NCBI GenBank assembly: GCA_965208325.1
Contig: OZ242326.1
Span: 2,944,001-3,008,000, forward strand
Length of the DNA stretch: 64,000 bases
From: Candidatus Poribacteria bacterium
GTDB lineage: Bacteria; Poribacteria; WGA-4E; PCPOR2b
Direction: 5' to 3'
The position numbers and the translations under genes are program-made. A model generated the notes under the pieces. The model saw only the letters and a list, made by a program, of their open reading frames with translations, was not told the origin of the DNA and made no database searches. This document shows, one piece after another, positions 29,617 to 40,163 of this stretch (position 1 is its first letter; every line of letters begins with the position of its first letter).

Positions 29617-32076
29617 ATGCAACGATTTCCCCGGATTTTTGTCCTATATTTTGCTCTATACTCCTCAATTTTCAATGTAATTGCTCAGAGCGGTTCCTAT
29701 GAATCAACAAACTCCCGGAAGGACGAAAACATCCACCCGCTCGCTCAAGACGTTCAAATCATCCCGGCGCCTATCACAGAATCAACTAACTCACAAGTAC
29801 GTTCAACAGTGCCCCGCCAATCAAAAGATTGGAACGCGATTATCAGGTCAGTCGGCATCCGACCCGATGCTGAGAAGTGTCTGGATTGTCACTTCAAAGG
29901 GCAGTCTTCGACGACGCGGCACCCCGGAAATCACCTGAATCTCCACCGCGTGGAGATATTCGGCTGTACGCTCTGCCATGGCGGAGATGCAGGGGCGTCC
30001 GAGATGAGCCAAGCGCACTCATCTACAGCCGAATTACCGTTTTTTAGTGGACGTCGCGTGGAGGCGGCTTGCGGAAAATGCCACACCGCACCAGCGGTGC
30101 CGGGCGCGCTCTCGCTCTCCGGCGGTAGGTTTGTGTTAAATAAATACGGATGTGTGACATGCCACGACCTCCCCATAGAAATTCCCGCAGTGCGGTATGC
30201 GCCTAGTCTTGATACCATTGGCAATAAAGTCACAAGATCATGGCTGAGGCAGTGGCTTGAAGATCCAACAACCTATCTTAAAGAATCAAAGATGCCAAAA
30301 ATCGAGATGTCTCAGCATGAACGCGAAGCCATCGTCGAATTTCTACTGACCCTACGGAATGACGGACTTTTCCAAGTGATTGATGGAACAGGTGACGCCG
30401 AAAATGGCAGGAAAATCTTCGCGGCGAACGAATGCCAAGCGTGTCATGAATCGAATGGAGTAAACGACAACCCAGGTCCCAATCTTGAACGGGTCGGGAC
30501 GAAAATAAACCGCTTGTGGCTCATAACCTATCTCCGAAACCCCGCGGCACTCCATCCACGTACAAAAATGCCGGACTACGAGTTTTCAGATCAGGAAATT
30601 CTAGATGTGAGCGAATATCTGTTGACCCGATTTTCTGATGGCAAAACCCCAATGGAAACATTCCCTGATTATGTTTCCAATCCCTCCAAAGCGAGCGAAG
30701 GTTTTAAACACTACATCAGCAACGGATGCGCTCAGTGCCACGGCATTACAAAATATATGGGGGTGAACATCACTGAAAAACTGAAGGCGCGGGATATTGA
30801 GGAAGCCATAGCGCGAATTCGTGCGCATCGCGGAGTACACATGCAAACCCCGCAAATTGACATTCCCGAGTCGTACCTGGAATTGATGAAGAACCCCCTT
30901 TTGGCAATGCAACAAAACGACAAATATCAATTGCTCAGATTCAATATAGAAGGGCAATCCCAAGAAGATGTAAGCGAATTCTTGTCGAAATTCTGGCAAT
31001 TCCCAATCCCGCTTCAGGGCGAACCGCCCGAATATTACAACAATACGGTGACACCGCTCGCCTCTGAATCCTGCGGAAATTGCCATGCAAAACAGTGGGA
31101 AGATTGGAAATCCACCCGTCATGCGATAGCGATGGGACCTGGGATTTGGGGACAGTTAGTCGGCCAGACTCCCCGTTATATTGACAGTTGCTCTCCATGC
31201 CATGCGCCATTATCCGAACAACATCAGCATTTACCAACGCCGAAAGGCGGACACGCCGTGAATCAACTGTATGATGCAAAACTACAATCTCAAGGGCTTG
31301 CTTGTGCCGCGTGTCACGTCCGATCACACCAGCGGTTTGGTCCCCCTTTCTCAGAAACTGCAGCCGCAGCAAGCGTTTTTGGCGAAGGACACCACGGCGG
31401 TGCCGTAGCCAACCGCGCATACGAAGACTCCGCCTTCTGCAAACCGTGCCATCAGTTTGAACCGAACGGGTTCAGTCTGAATGGCAAACTTCTAGAAAAT
31501 ACGTACAATGAGTGGCTTGAAAGCCCTCACGCCCAACAGGGAGAAACCTGCCAATCGTGCCACATGCCGAACCGCCGTCATCAATGGCGCGGCATACACG
31601 ATTCCGAAACTGTACGAAACGCCCTCAAATTAGATGTCGAGGTAATGAATCAACACAAAACCATAGAAGCCGACATTCGGTTGACAAATGCTGGAGCAGG
31701 CCACTACTTGCCAACCTACATCACGCCCGCGATATTTGTCAAGGTGCGGCAACTGGATTCAGCCGGAAATCCTGTTCCCGGCACCGACCAGATGCGCGCC
31801 ATTCAACGGCGGGCGCCAGTGTCGTTAAACCGGGAAATCTTTGACACACGCATCCCGCCGGGCGGGACATGGGTGTATACCTACAACATTTCAAAATCCG
31901 AAGGGGCGAAATCCCTCGAAATCCGCATTGATGTCCATCCCGACCACTTCTATAACGGTTTTTTTAAGATATTCCGCGCAAAATCCCCGGAGGCGCAAAA
32001 ACACATTGTCAGGGCGCTTGAAACCACTGAAAACAGCCCATACCGTTTGCTGACCGAGCACATTCCATTGGAGTAA
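29617..32076 (+). CDS. Multiheme c-type cytochrome (11 CxxCH)
   Basis: CLDCH, CTLCH, CGKCH, CVTCH, CQACH, CAQCH, CGNCH, CSPCH, CAACH, CKPCH, CQSCH; signal peptide. Confidence 0.9.
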   Translation: MQRFPRIFVLYFALYSSIFNVIAQSGSYESTNSRKDENIHPLAQDVQIIPAPITESTNSQVRSTVPRQSKDWNAIIRSVGIRPDAEKCLDCHFKGQSSTTRHPGNHLNLHRVEIFGCTLCHGGDAGASEMSQAHSSTAELPFFSGRRVEAACGKCHTAPAVPGALSLSGGRFVLNKYGCVTCHDLPIEIPAVRYAPSLDTIGNKVTRSWLRQWLEDPTTYLKESKMPKIEMSQHEREAIVEFLLTLRNDGLFQVIDGTGDAENGRKIFAANECQACHESNGVNDNPGPNLERVGTKINRLWLITYLRNPAALHPRTKMPDYEFSDQEILDVSEYLLTRFSDGKTPMETFPDYVSNPSKASEGFKHYISNGCAQCHGITKYMGVNITEKLKARDIEEAIARIRAHRGVHMQTPQIDIPESYLELMKNPLLAMQQNDKYQLLRFNIEGQSQEDVSEFLSKFWQFPIPLQGEPPEYYNNTVTPLASESCGNCHAKQWEDWKSTRHAIAMGPGIWGQLVGQTPRYIDSCSPCHAPLSEQHQHLPTPKGGHAVNQLYDAKLQSQGLACAACHVRSHQRFGPPFSETAAAASVFGEGHHGGAVANRAYEDSAFCKPCHQFEPNGFSLNGKLLENTYNEWLESPHAQQGETCQSCHMPNRRHQWRGIHDSETVRNALKLDVEVMNQHKTIEADIRLTNAGAGHYLPTYITPAIFVKVRQLDSAGNPVPGTDQMRAIQRRAPVSLNREIFDTRIPPGGTWVYTYNISKSEGAKSLEIRIDVHPDHFYNGFFKIFRAKSPEAQKHIVRALETTENSPYRLLTEHIPLE

Positions 32077-32232
32077 TGCAAACGCGTACGGCGGAGATTA
32101 AGTAGACATAAGCAGTTGATGAGAAAGTAGACACACGGTTTTACCATATTTCTTAGCCCGTGTCGCCCCACCCATTTATTGAGTCATCAAAGGAGTACAG
32201 TTTTTTAAACGGCAGAAAGGAGGAGGACTTCA

Positions 32233-34446
32233 ATGAATACCCAATTATTGATAAAATGGATGTCTACGCTTATTCTGCCAATAGTCATCATCTATTGCCG
32301 CTATCCCGTGGCGTACGCACTAGATTCCCCCGAATTTGAACAAGCAGTTGAACGCTACCGAAATCGGGTTCGCAAGGATCCGAAAAATCTGGCGTTGCAC
32401 CGCGAACTGATCGCACATGCGCAGCAAACCGGCCGATTAGACATTCCACTGCAAATTTACAAAAACGCATACCTAAAGCAACCGGCAAATTCAATCGTCC
32501 TCTACGTCTTAGGCTACACCTATATCAGGGAGGGATCCGAAACGTCGCTCATGGAAGCAGTAAAGTTGCTAGAAATGGCAATAGAAAAGCGGCCTCAGTT
32601 TGCAGACGCTTATGCCGCATTGGGTGAGTGTTATGCGGCGCAGGGGAAAACCAAAGCGGCAATCGAAGCCTACAAAAGGAGTGTCCAGCTTAATCCCAAC
32701 CTCTGGGAGGCTCACCTTGAATTGGGCAATTACCATCGGGATGCAAAAAACTATCAAAGTGCAATCGAACACTACACAAAATCTCTCGGCGCACATTCCA
32801 AGCATGCCGGAACTCATTTTGAACTCGGCGCGCTGTACCGAAAAACTGGAGACCTTGAATCTGCTCGCCAAGCCTTTTCACTAGCAATAAAACATGACAA
32901 AGGTTGTGCTGATGCCTACTATCAGTTGGGACAAATTTACGCTTTGCAGCAAAAGCCGAAGGACGCGCTGAAGCAATATCGCAAAGGGCGCGAGCTCGAC
33001 CCAAAAAACGCCAAAGTCCGCTATCAACTCGCACTCATCTTTCTGGACGGTGACGACGGGCGTAACGCAATCTTAGCGCTGCGGAGTGCATTAGCCGTGG
33101 ATCCCAAATACGCGGATTATGTGAATCTGCTGAACAATGTTAGCACGTTGGATGCAGTGGAAATCGCCGCGCAGATTCTTCAAAAACATCCTGACAATGC
33201 GGAACTTCAGCACTTTGTAGGTATGCTCTATCTAAAAATCGACCAACGGGAGATAGCCCAAGCCTATCTCGAACGTGCAAAAGCGCTCGATCCAAACAAT
33301 GCTGACGTGCGGTTCACCCTCGCTGAAAGTTATGAGCAGAAAGCGCCGGACGCAGCAATCGAAGAGTATAAGCAGGCGGCAGAACTCGGAAAAACCAGAC
33401 TCGATCTCCTGTTAAAACTGGCTGAAAGCTACCGGCTGGAAAAAAACTTTGAAAAGTTTCACGGGATTGCCCAGCAGATTTTGGCGATGGATGCAAAGCA
33501 GCCGGAAATCCATTATCAACTGTCAAATTTTTATGATGAAAAATCCAATCGGAAAAAGCAAGCTGGTGAAGTAGAAGAAGCAGAAACGCTGTTTAAGTTG
33601 GCAATCGAACACGCGAATAAAGCGTCCGAACAAGCTCCTAATGTTGCAGCCTACCACCTCAAACTCGCGGGTTTTTATGATCGGCAGAAGCAACTCAAGG
33701 CAATTCGTCTCTATGACAAAGTAATTGAACTAGACCCATTTAACGCGGAAGCGTATTACCGACGTGGGCTGTTCATGTCCAATTTCACATTTGGTGAGTC
33801 GAGGTTATTGCTCTATGATCCCGAAGATGTCATGGACGACCTGCAAAAAGCCGTAAAACTCAACCCGAATTTAGCCGGCGCACACTACGCCCTTGGGGTC
33901 GCTTACGACCGGATGGGCGATGTTCAAAAAGCCATGGTTGAATTCCAGAAAGCAGGAAATCTTGATCACAGCGACCCAAGGCCTCATCTTTATCTCGGCG
34001 AAAAATATGCCAATTCCGGACAGTTCCACCTGGCGATAGCCGCTTTCGCGAAAGCCGTCAAAGCCGATCCGGAAAATGTTGAAGCCCTGAAAGACTACGC
34101 CTTCTTGTGCCTAGCACACGATGAGGCACGCGGGTGGCGGCAGGCAAAACGCGCCCTTGAAAAAGCCATTCAAATTCGACCTAACGACGCAGAAATCCTG
34201 ATGAATTACGGATACACGCACTACCTCAGCAAAAACAGTAACGAAGCGATTGCCCACTATCTTCGCTCAATTGAACTCAAACCCGATTGGCCGCTAAGCC
34301 GCTACAATCTTGCAATCGCTTATGAGCAAATTGGCAAAAAAGAACTCGCCTTGGCGGAATATCAGAAAGTAGTCAAACTCGATCCGGAAGGGCTTCAAAC
34401 CGAAAAAGCGTTGAAACGTATCCAAATTTTGACGGGAGAGCAATAA
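32233..34446 (+). CDS. Secreted TPR-repeat protein
   Basis: Numerous A.Y.LG..Y...G....A...Y..A..L.P repeats; AGGAGG RBS. Confidence 0.9.
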   Translation: MNTQLLIKWMSTLILPIVIIYCRYPVAYALDSPEFEQAVERYRNRVRKDPKNLALHRELIAHAQQTGRLDIPLQIYKNAYLKQPANSIVLYVLGYTYIREGSETSLMEAVKLLEMAIEKRPQFADAYAALGECYAAQGKTKAAIEAYKRSVQLNPNLWEAHLELGNYHRDAKNYQSAIEHYTKSLGAHSKHAGTHFELGALYRKTGDLESARQAFSLAIKHDKGCADAYYQLGQIYALQQKPKDALKQYRKGRELDPKNAKVRYQLALIFLDGDDGRNAILALRSALAVDPKYADYVNLLNNVSTLDAVEIAAQILQKHPDNAELQHFVGMLYLKIDQREIAQAYLERAKALDPNNADVRFTLAESYEQKAPDAAIEEYKQAAELGKTRLDLLLKLAESYRLEKNFEKFHGIAQQILAMDAKQPEIHYQLSNFYDEKSNRKKQAGEVEEAETLFKLAIEHANKASEQAPNVAAYHLKLAGFYDRQKQLKAIRLYDKVIELDPFNAEAYYRRGLFMSNFTFGESRLLLYDPEDVMDDLQKAVKLNPNLAGAHYALGVAYDRMGDVQKAMVEFQKAGNLDHSDPRPHLYLGEKYANSGQFHLAIAAFAKAVKADPENVEALKDYAFLCLAHDEARGWRQAKRALEKAIQIRPNDAEILMNYGYTHYLSKNSNEAIAHYLRSIELKPDWPLSRYNLAIAYEQIGKKELALAEYQKVVKLDPEGLQTEKALKRIQILTGEQ

Positions 34447-34489
34447 TGCAAAAGGAGAATCAACTTAGAACATGCACAGCCATATCACC

Positions 34490-34514
34490 GTAGGAGCGAT
34501 CGCCGAATCGCGAT
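34490..34514 (+). repeat. GTAG-type REP-like hairpin
   Basis: GTAGGAGCGATCGCCGAATCGCGAT. Confidence 0.45.
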
Positions 34515-34640
34515 GCCGTCGCTCACACACAGACCAAAAACCAATGGCGCTACAACGTATCGTGTTTATGCCTTTTGCACAATTCTTGGTCAAAACCCTG
34601 AAGACCCAATTTATACACATTAAAACGGAGGTTTATCATC

Positions 34641-35063
34641 ATGCCACAACCCTTACCGTTACAGTCAATCAATCACGTGTCCTTCGATGTCGCTGACCTG
34701 GAAGCAAGTATGGCGTTCTATCGCGATGTACTTGGGTTCCAGCGAATTCGCCGTCCGCACTTCCCGTTAGCACCGGGCATTTGGCTGTACAACTATGGAC
34801 TTCAACTCCACCTAAAGCAACCGAGGCACGCAAAGTTTAAAGAAGTATCTCAAGAGCGCAATCTCTCAGTCACCGCCGATCATATCGCTTTTTATGTTCA
34901 AGACACCGATGAAGTCGAACGCTTGCTAAAGGAACATAACATCCCATACAGAGCTTTGTTCGTAGAGGAGGCGGGCATCACAATGGTGTTTTTTCAGGAC
35001 CCCGACGGAAACCATCTTGAGGTCGGCGCTTACCCGCCGCCTGTCGAGTTTATGGAAGGCTGA
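34641..35063 (+). CDS. VOC/glyoxalase family protein
   Basis: INHVSFDVADLEASMAFYRDVLG, DHIAF, FFQDPDGNHLEV. Confidence 0.9.
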   Translation: MPQPLPLQSINHVSFDVADLEASMAFYRDVLGFQRIRRPHFPLAPGIWLYNYGLQLHLKQPRHAKFKEVSQERNLSVTADHIAFYVQDTDEVERLLKEHNIPYRALFVEEAGITMVFFQDPDGNHLEVGAYPPPVEFMEG

Positions 35064-35065
35064 GT

Positions 35066-35548
35066 ATGGCACTTCGACGCAGGCGCAAAACCGAATCTCA
35101 GCCCGAAAATATTGCTTCGCATACGGAAGATTATCCAAACGCGCTCCGCGCAAACAAATACAGTATACGCTTTGATATCCTTCCAGAGATTTCCTACCTA
35201 GACATTCAACAGTGTAGGCTAATTGCTGACATTTTACCCCTATGCAAAGGCTTTCCCGACGCGGTGTGGCTCTCGCAGCAGAGAGTTGAAGAGGGGCTTG
35301 ATTCCTGTAGTGTCAACTTTTGGGCTTTTTCGAAAGAATCCGAAGCGATAAAGGAATTTGCAATCTGGTTTGAGAGTTTTTTCAGAGATGCATCTGTTTC
35401 TCAATTCTTGGAGCGCTTCGTTGAGCATGCCCTTGAAAAAGCCGGGGACGAAGAAGTCATACTTGCAAATTGGTCTCGGATCCATGCGGCCGAAGATGAA
35501 GTCAATACCATCGTCAAACGCGAAATCGAGATGTCAAGTGAGGATTAA
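35066..35548 (+). CDS. Hypothetical protein
   Basis: 160-aa ORF directly following the VOC gene. Confidence 0.6.
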   Translation: MALRRRRKTESQPENIASHTEDYPNALRANKYSIRFDILPEISYLDIQQCRLIADILPLCKGFPDAVWLSQQRVEEGLDSCSVNFWAFSKESEAIKEFAIWFESFFRDASVSQFLERFVEHALEKAGDEEVILANWSRIHAAEDEVNTIVKREIEMSSED

Positions 35549-35648
35549 TCGACACTTGACTGTTCGCGCATAGAGCCATAAAGGCCGCATGCGAAATTAA
35601 CAGCCTGCCGGCCAATACCTTGTTGGCCATTTCCATTTCAAAGGGAAA

Positions 35649-37523
35649 ATGTCGTTTGTCCGCGCAATAATTCTGGGTATCGTTCTGATACCAATCAATC
35701 TGCACTGGCTCATGCATGCTGAGTCGCTCCATCCGCCCGTCTACTCAACCCTCTTTACCCTCTTTTACAATGTGACATTCACCCTCTTTGTCCTTGTGGT
35801 GTTGAATGCGCTGCTTAAGAAATATTCACCAAAGCTCGCATTTCAACCCGGCGAACTTCTAATCGTCTACGTCATGTTGTCGATCGGAACGGGCATCTTT
35901 GGACATGACCTAATGATTGTCTTTGCGCCAACATTGACCGCCTTCTGGTTCGCAACGCCGGAAAATGAATGGTCGGTCCTATTCCGGCGGCATCTGCCTG
36001 AATGGCTCTTCGTCTCTGACGAGAAGGCGCTGCTGGCGTTCCACGAAGGGGAATCATCGCTCTATATCGCTAAACATATCAACGCATGGCTGGCACCTGT
36101 CGCAATCTGGGGTAGCTTTTTAATCGTGCTGCTATTCGTTTTGGTGTGCATGAACGCACTCATCCGTAAACAGTGGGCGGAAAATGAAAGGTTATCTTAC
36201 CCTGTAATCCAACTGCCGCTGGAGTTAGCAAGCGGCGGTACGGGGCTGCTTACTAATCCCCGTTTGTGGATTGGGTTCGCAGTCACCGGCAGTGTGGATT
36301 TAATCAACGGTCTTCATGGGCTTTTTCCGTCATTCCCCAATTTCAAACTGGTTCAAGACCTCCGCCCGCTTTTCACAACCCAGCCTTGGAACGCCATCGG
36401 TTGGACGCCCATAGCCGTCTACCCCTTTGTGGTGGGATTGGGGTATTTTCTGCCGGTCAATCTTGCGTTTTCCGCATGGTTCTTTCACGTATTCTGGAAG
36501 GCGGAACTCATTTGCCGGAATGCAATTGGATTGTGGAGCACACCCGGCCCGTATCGAAGCTTTACGACATCGGGCGCATGGATGATTCTCACACTGTTCG
36601 TATTATGGAACAGTCGAAAATACCTCATTCAGGTGGTCCGGTGGTCGATCCGCGGAACCCCATCGTCAGTGGCTGCCAATGAACCGATGACGTATCGAGC
36701 TGCAAGCCTTGGTATGATTTCGGGCACAATTATATTGGTGTTATTCCTCGCCTTCGCGGGGATGTCCGTCTGGGTCGCAACCCTTTTTCTTCTTATTTAC
36801 TTCCTTTATATGATAGCCATCGCTCGCATCCGCGCCGAAATCGGTCCCCCTGCCCACGACGCTGAATGGATGGGGCCAGAACAACTCCTCCTGAACAGTT
36901 TTGGTGCGAGTCGCATAGGCCCTCGTAATATTGCCATGTTTACTCGACTCTATTGGATGAGTCGAGCGTATCGCTCACATCCGGTCGGGCACCAGTTGGA
37001 AGGGTTTAGAATTGCACAGGTAATCAGGGCGCCAAGCCGCGTATACCTAGCGGCGATGATAATTGCATCAGTGGTTGGAACTTTTGCCGGCTTTTGGGCA
37101 TATACGCACAATCTGTATGAACATGGAGCAGGATCTGGCGGGAGCTTGGGGGCAGAAGCGTTTCGACGGTTGCAGGTCTGGCTGCAAAACCCGGGAGCGC
37201 GCAACGATATGATGCTCAAGGAGGTGGGATTGGGAGCTGCCGTGACCTTCCTCCTGATGGTATTACATCAGCGATTCGTAGGATTTCCTTTTCACCCGGT
37301 CGGTTATGCCGTCGCTTGCGGTTGGGTAATGAGTGCCGCCTGGTTTTCGGTGTTTCTGGCGTGGTTGGTTAAATGGACAATACTGAAGTTTGGCGGTATT
37401 CGGCTCTACCGCCAGATGGTGCCGTTCTTTTTAGGCGTGATTCTAGGCCAACACGTCGTCGGAGGGTCATGGACAATCATCCGCGAAATTGTGGGTGGAT
37501 ACGGGTATCGGTTCTTTCCTTAG
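35649..37523 (+). CDS. Polytopic membrane protein, DUF6785/DUF6784-like; paralog of 7906-9828
   Basis: FWFATPENEW, ERLSYP, HPVGHQLEGF, FPFHPVGY. Confidence 0.75.
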   Translation: MSFVRAIILGIVLIPINLHWLMHAESLHPPVYSTLFTLFYNVTFTLFVLVVLNALLKKYSPKLAFQPGELLIVYVMLSIGTGIFGHDLMIVFAPTLTAFWFATPENEWSVLFRRHLPEWLFVSDEKALLAFHEGESSLYIAKHINAWLAPVAIWGSFLIVLLFVLVCMNALIRKQWAENERLSYPVIQLPLELASGGTGLLTNPRLWIGFAVTGSVDLINGLHGLFPSFPNFKLVQDLRPLFTTQPWNAIGWTPIAVYPFVVGLGYFLPVNLAFSAWFFHVFWKAELICRNAIGLWSTPGPYRSFTTSGAWMILTLFVLWNSRKYLIQVVRWSIRGTPSSVAANEPMTYRAASLGMISGTIILVLFLAFAGMSVWVATLFLLIYFLYMIAIARIRAEIGPPAHDAEWMGPEQLLLNSFGASRIGPRNIAMFTRLYWMSRAYRSHPVGHQLEGFRIAQVIRAPSRVYLAAMIIASVVGTFAGFWAYTHNLYEHGAGSGGSLGAEAFRRLQVWLQNPGARNDMMLKEVGLGAAVTFLLMVLHQRFVGFPFHPVGYAVACGWVMSAAWFSVFLAWLVKWTILKFGGIRLYRQMVPFFLGVILGQHVVGGSWTIIREIVGGYGYRFFP

Positions 37524-37943
37524 GTTTCTCGACATCTAAGTCAGGTTTGTGCTAGATTTGCTGACGTTCTGGACAATCTACGCGTCTTCACCAAAAGGAT
37601 AACGAAGTATTCCCGCATATCCTCTCGCTCTTCGCAGTTAGCGATCCGTTATTTTGGATTTCTTAACTTGTAACCATCCTTGTCCAGTTACGTTAAAATA
37701 TTTACAGCACCCAAATACAATTTAAACTATTTTGCGGATTGCGTTACCTTAAACAGCACGTTATGAGTTTCAGCATAAGTCATGCTTGGCGTTCGAGGAA
37801 AAAAATGACTCAAAATCTTGAAGGAGGCAAATCGGTGGAGGTAGGAGCAAGACCTTTAATTCACGGAGGCTAATCAGATAATTCCATAGACCGTTTCACT
37901 TTGCCGCCAGTCTGGTCTTGCCGCCAGTTCTACTAGAGTAGGT

Positions 37944-40163
37944 ATGATTAACAAACCGTCAGTTGTTCTATTTCTTGCCCTGTGTATTTTGGCGTATAGT
38001 TGTATAGCTTCAAATCTACATGTGGACACTGTTTTGGAAGGCGCACTCGCGTTGATAGATCAAGAAAACTACGCTGAGGCCGCGCTACAATTAGAACCGC
38101 TGCTACAAACATCAATTCAGGAATTGAATGTGAATTCGGAGGAAATTCATCACGTCCTCGCACACTGCTACGAAAAACAGGAAAAATGGAACGAAGCCGT
38201 CCAACATTACCAAAAAGCAGTTGCGCCCGCCAATGAGTTGGCTGATTACGCACACTTTCGCCTCGCCAAATCATATCAGCAGATGGGCGATTATCCAAAC
38301 GCGCTAATCTGGTATCAACGTTTAATTGATGAATATCCAAAGAGTTTTCATTTCGGCGAAGCGAATTTTGAGATTGCAAAGGTGTACCAACAGCAGAACG
38401 AATATGAAAAAGCGCTCGGCTCTTTGTCTTACTTGATTGACAACAAAAGGAGCGGCTATGTTAGGCAATCGCTTTATGAACGAGGCTTGGTTTACGAAGC
38501 ATTGGGTAAACGGAAGCAAGCCTTGCTCACTTATCAACAACTTACCAATGCAGACCCAACCGACGAGGTCGCCAAGAACGCGCTGGATCGAATTAAGAAA
38601 CTGGTGAAAGCATATCCTAATTTCGAAATAAGTCGTACCCAACGCATGAACCAGGGGTTAGTGCTTTACCATCATAGCAACTGGGCACGGGCTCGCGCCG
38701 AATTCGAAAGAGTTGCAGCCGGTTACAAGGATTCACTCGCAGGTCGAGCCACCTACTATATCGGTCGGAGTTACTACCGGCAGCGGCGGTACGACTCCGC
38801 AATCAAGGCATTCAACAAGGTGGTTTCGCTATATCCGGGGTCCGGTTATTTGACGCGGGCGCTATATCAAACAACACTTTGCTATCGCCGCTCGGAACAG
38901 CCCGATATGGCGCAACAGCGGTTAAAGGCTTTCCTCGAAAAATACGCGTGGAGTGCGTTAGCGGATGATGCGCATTACGATCTCGGTTGGGTGCAACAGA
39001 ATCAAGAGCAGTATGAGGAAGCAATCGAAACCTATCGCAGCATGGCACAGAAATATCGCAGCAGTGATTTGGTATCCCAAGCATATTGGCGTATTGGATG
39101 GATTCAATTCAAGAAGAAACGATATGCAGAGTGTATCGAAACCTTCGCCGCCTTGTTAGAACAATATCCGGACAGTGCGTTTAGCACAGCCGCGCACTTT
39201 TGGATAGCCAAGAGTCACGAGCGTCAGAATCAGTGGGAAGAAGCAGAAAAGGTGTACCGCGAAATCGTTGAAGCCAACCACTGGTATTATGCGGACCGAG
39301 CACGCGCTATCCTTAAGAATGGGCCTCAGGGAAGTGTAGTCTCTCTGAACACCACTGAATCACGTGCAAATGTCGCGCCCAACAATTCGGTCTGGAAAGA
39401 TATCGGATCAAAGAAAACGCCGCGCGTTGCAAAATTGATGCAACTCAGGCTCTTCGATGATGCGCTCACCGAACTCAAGGGAACCATTCGGATTGATAGG
39501 TCCAACCTTCAAGATAGTTACTATAACCTGATTGTCTGCTATCAGAAACTTAAAGAATTTCAGAAAGCAATCATATACGCGGAAAAGCTCGCAAGTTTTG
39601 AAGTGCTGCAGGACGAAAACGAAGCTATTCCAATCGAACTGTACCAGCTGCGTTATCCGCTCTATTACGGAGAAATCATCCAGAGGCATTCGCAAGAATA
39701 CGAGATCGACCCGCTGTTCGTCGCTTCCATGATTCGTGAAGAGAGCCGTTATAATGCAGATATCGCTTCTTGGGCGGGAGCGCTGGGATTAATGCAAATC
39801 ATGCCTGCAACCGGTCAGGATCTCGCCCGCCGCCTCAGAATTCGCCGCTTCCGCACTGCCATGCTTCTGAATCCGGAGATAAACATTCAGATGGGCACAT
39901 GGTACATGAAACACCTGATGGATAAATTTGAAAACAACCATGCGCTCGTTGCCGGAGCATACAACGGCGGTCCCGGCCGCATTCAACGATGGTTAAATGA
40001 AATGGACGTTTCCGATTTCGACGAATTCATTGAGGATATTTCGATTACTGAAACCCGCCGCCATATCAAGAAAGTCATCGATAGCTACCGCATCTATAAG
40101 GAACTCTACTCAGAACACAATCTTCCCGCGGCGCCCCCAAAAATTATAGGTGACAAGGGGTAA
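37944..40163 (+). CDS. TPR-containing soluble lytic transglycosylase (Slt-like)
   Basis: IREESRY, GALGLMQIMPAT, AYNGGPG, ETRRHIKKV; N-terminal TPRs. Confidence 0.9.
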   Translation: MINKPSVVLFLALCILAYSCIASNLHVDTVLEGALALIDQENYAEAALQLEPLLQTSIQELNVNSEEIHHVLAHCYEKQEKWNEAVQHYQKAVAPANELADYAHFRLAKSYQQMGDYPNALIWYQRLIDEYPKSFHFGEANFEIAKVYQQQNEYEKALGSLSYLIDNKRSGYVRQSLYERGLVYEALGKRKQALLTYQQLTNADPTDEVAKNALDRIKKLVKAYPNFEISRTQRMNQGLVLYHHSNWARARAEFERVAAGYKDSLAGRATYYIGRSYYRQRRYDSAIKAFNKVVSLYPGSGYLTRALYQTTLCYRRSEQPDMAQQRLKAFLEKYAWSALADDAHYDLGWVQQNQEQYEEAIETYRSMAQKYRSSDLVSQAYWRIGWIQFKKKRYAECIETFAALLEQYPDSAFSTAAHFWIAKSHERQNQWEEAEKVYREIVEANHWYYADRARAILKNGPQGSVVSLNTTESRANVAPNNSVWKDIGSKKTPRVAKLMQLRLFDDALTELKGTIRIDRSNLQDSYYNLIVCYQKLKEFQKAIIYAEKLASFEVLQDENEAIPIELYQLRYPLYYGEIIQRHSQEYEIDPLFVASMIREESRYNADIASWAGALGLMQIMPATGQDLARRLRIRRFRTAMLLNPEINIQMGTWYMKHLMDKFENNHALVAGAYNGGPGRIQRWLNEMDVSDFDEFIEDISITETRRHIKKVIDSYRIYKELYSEHNLPAAPPKIIGDKG

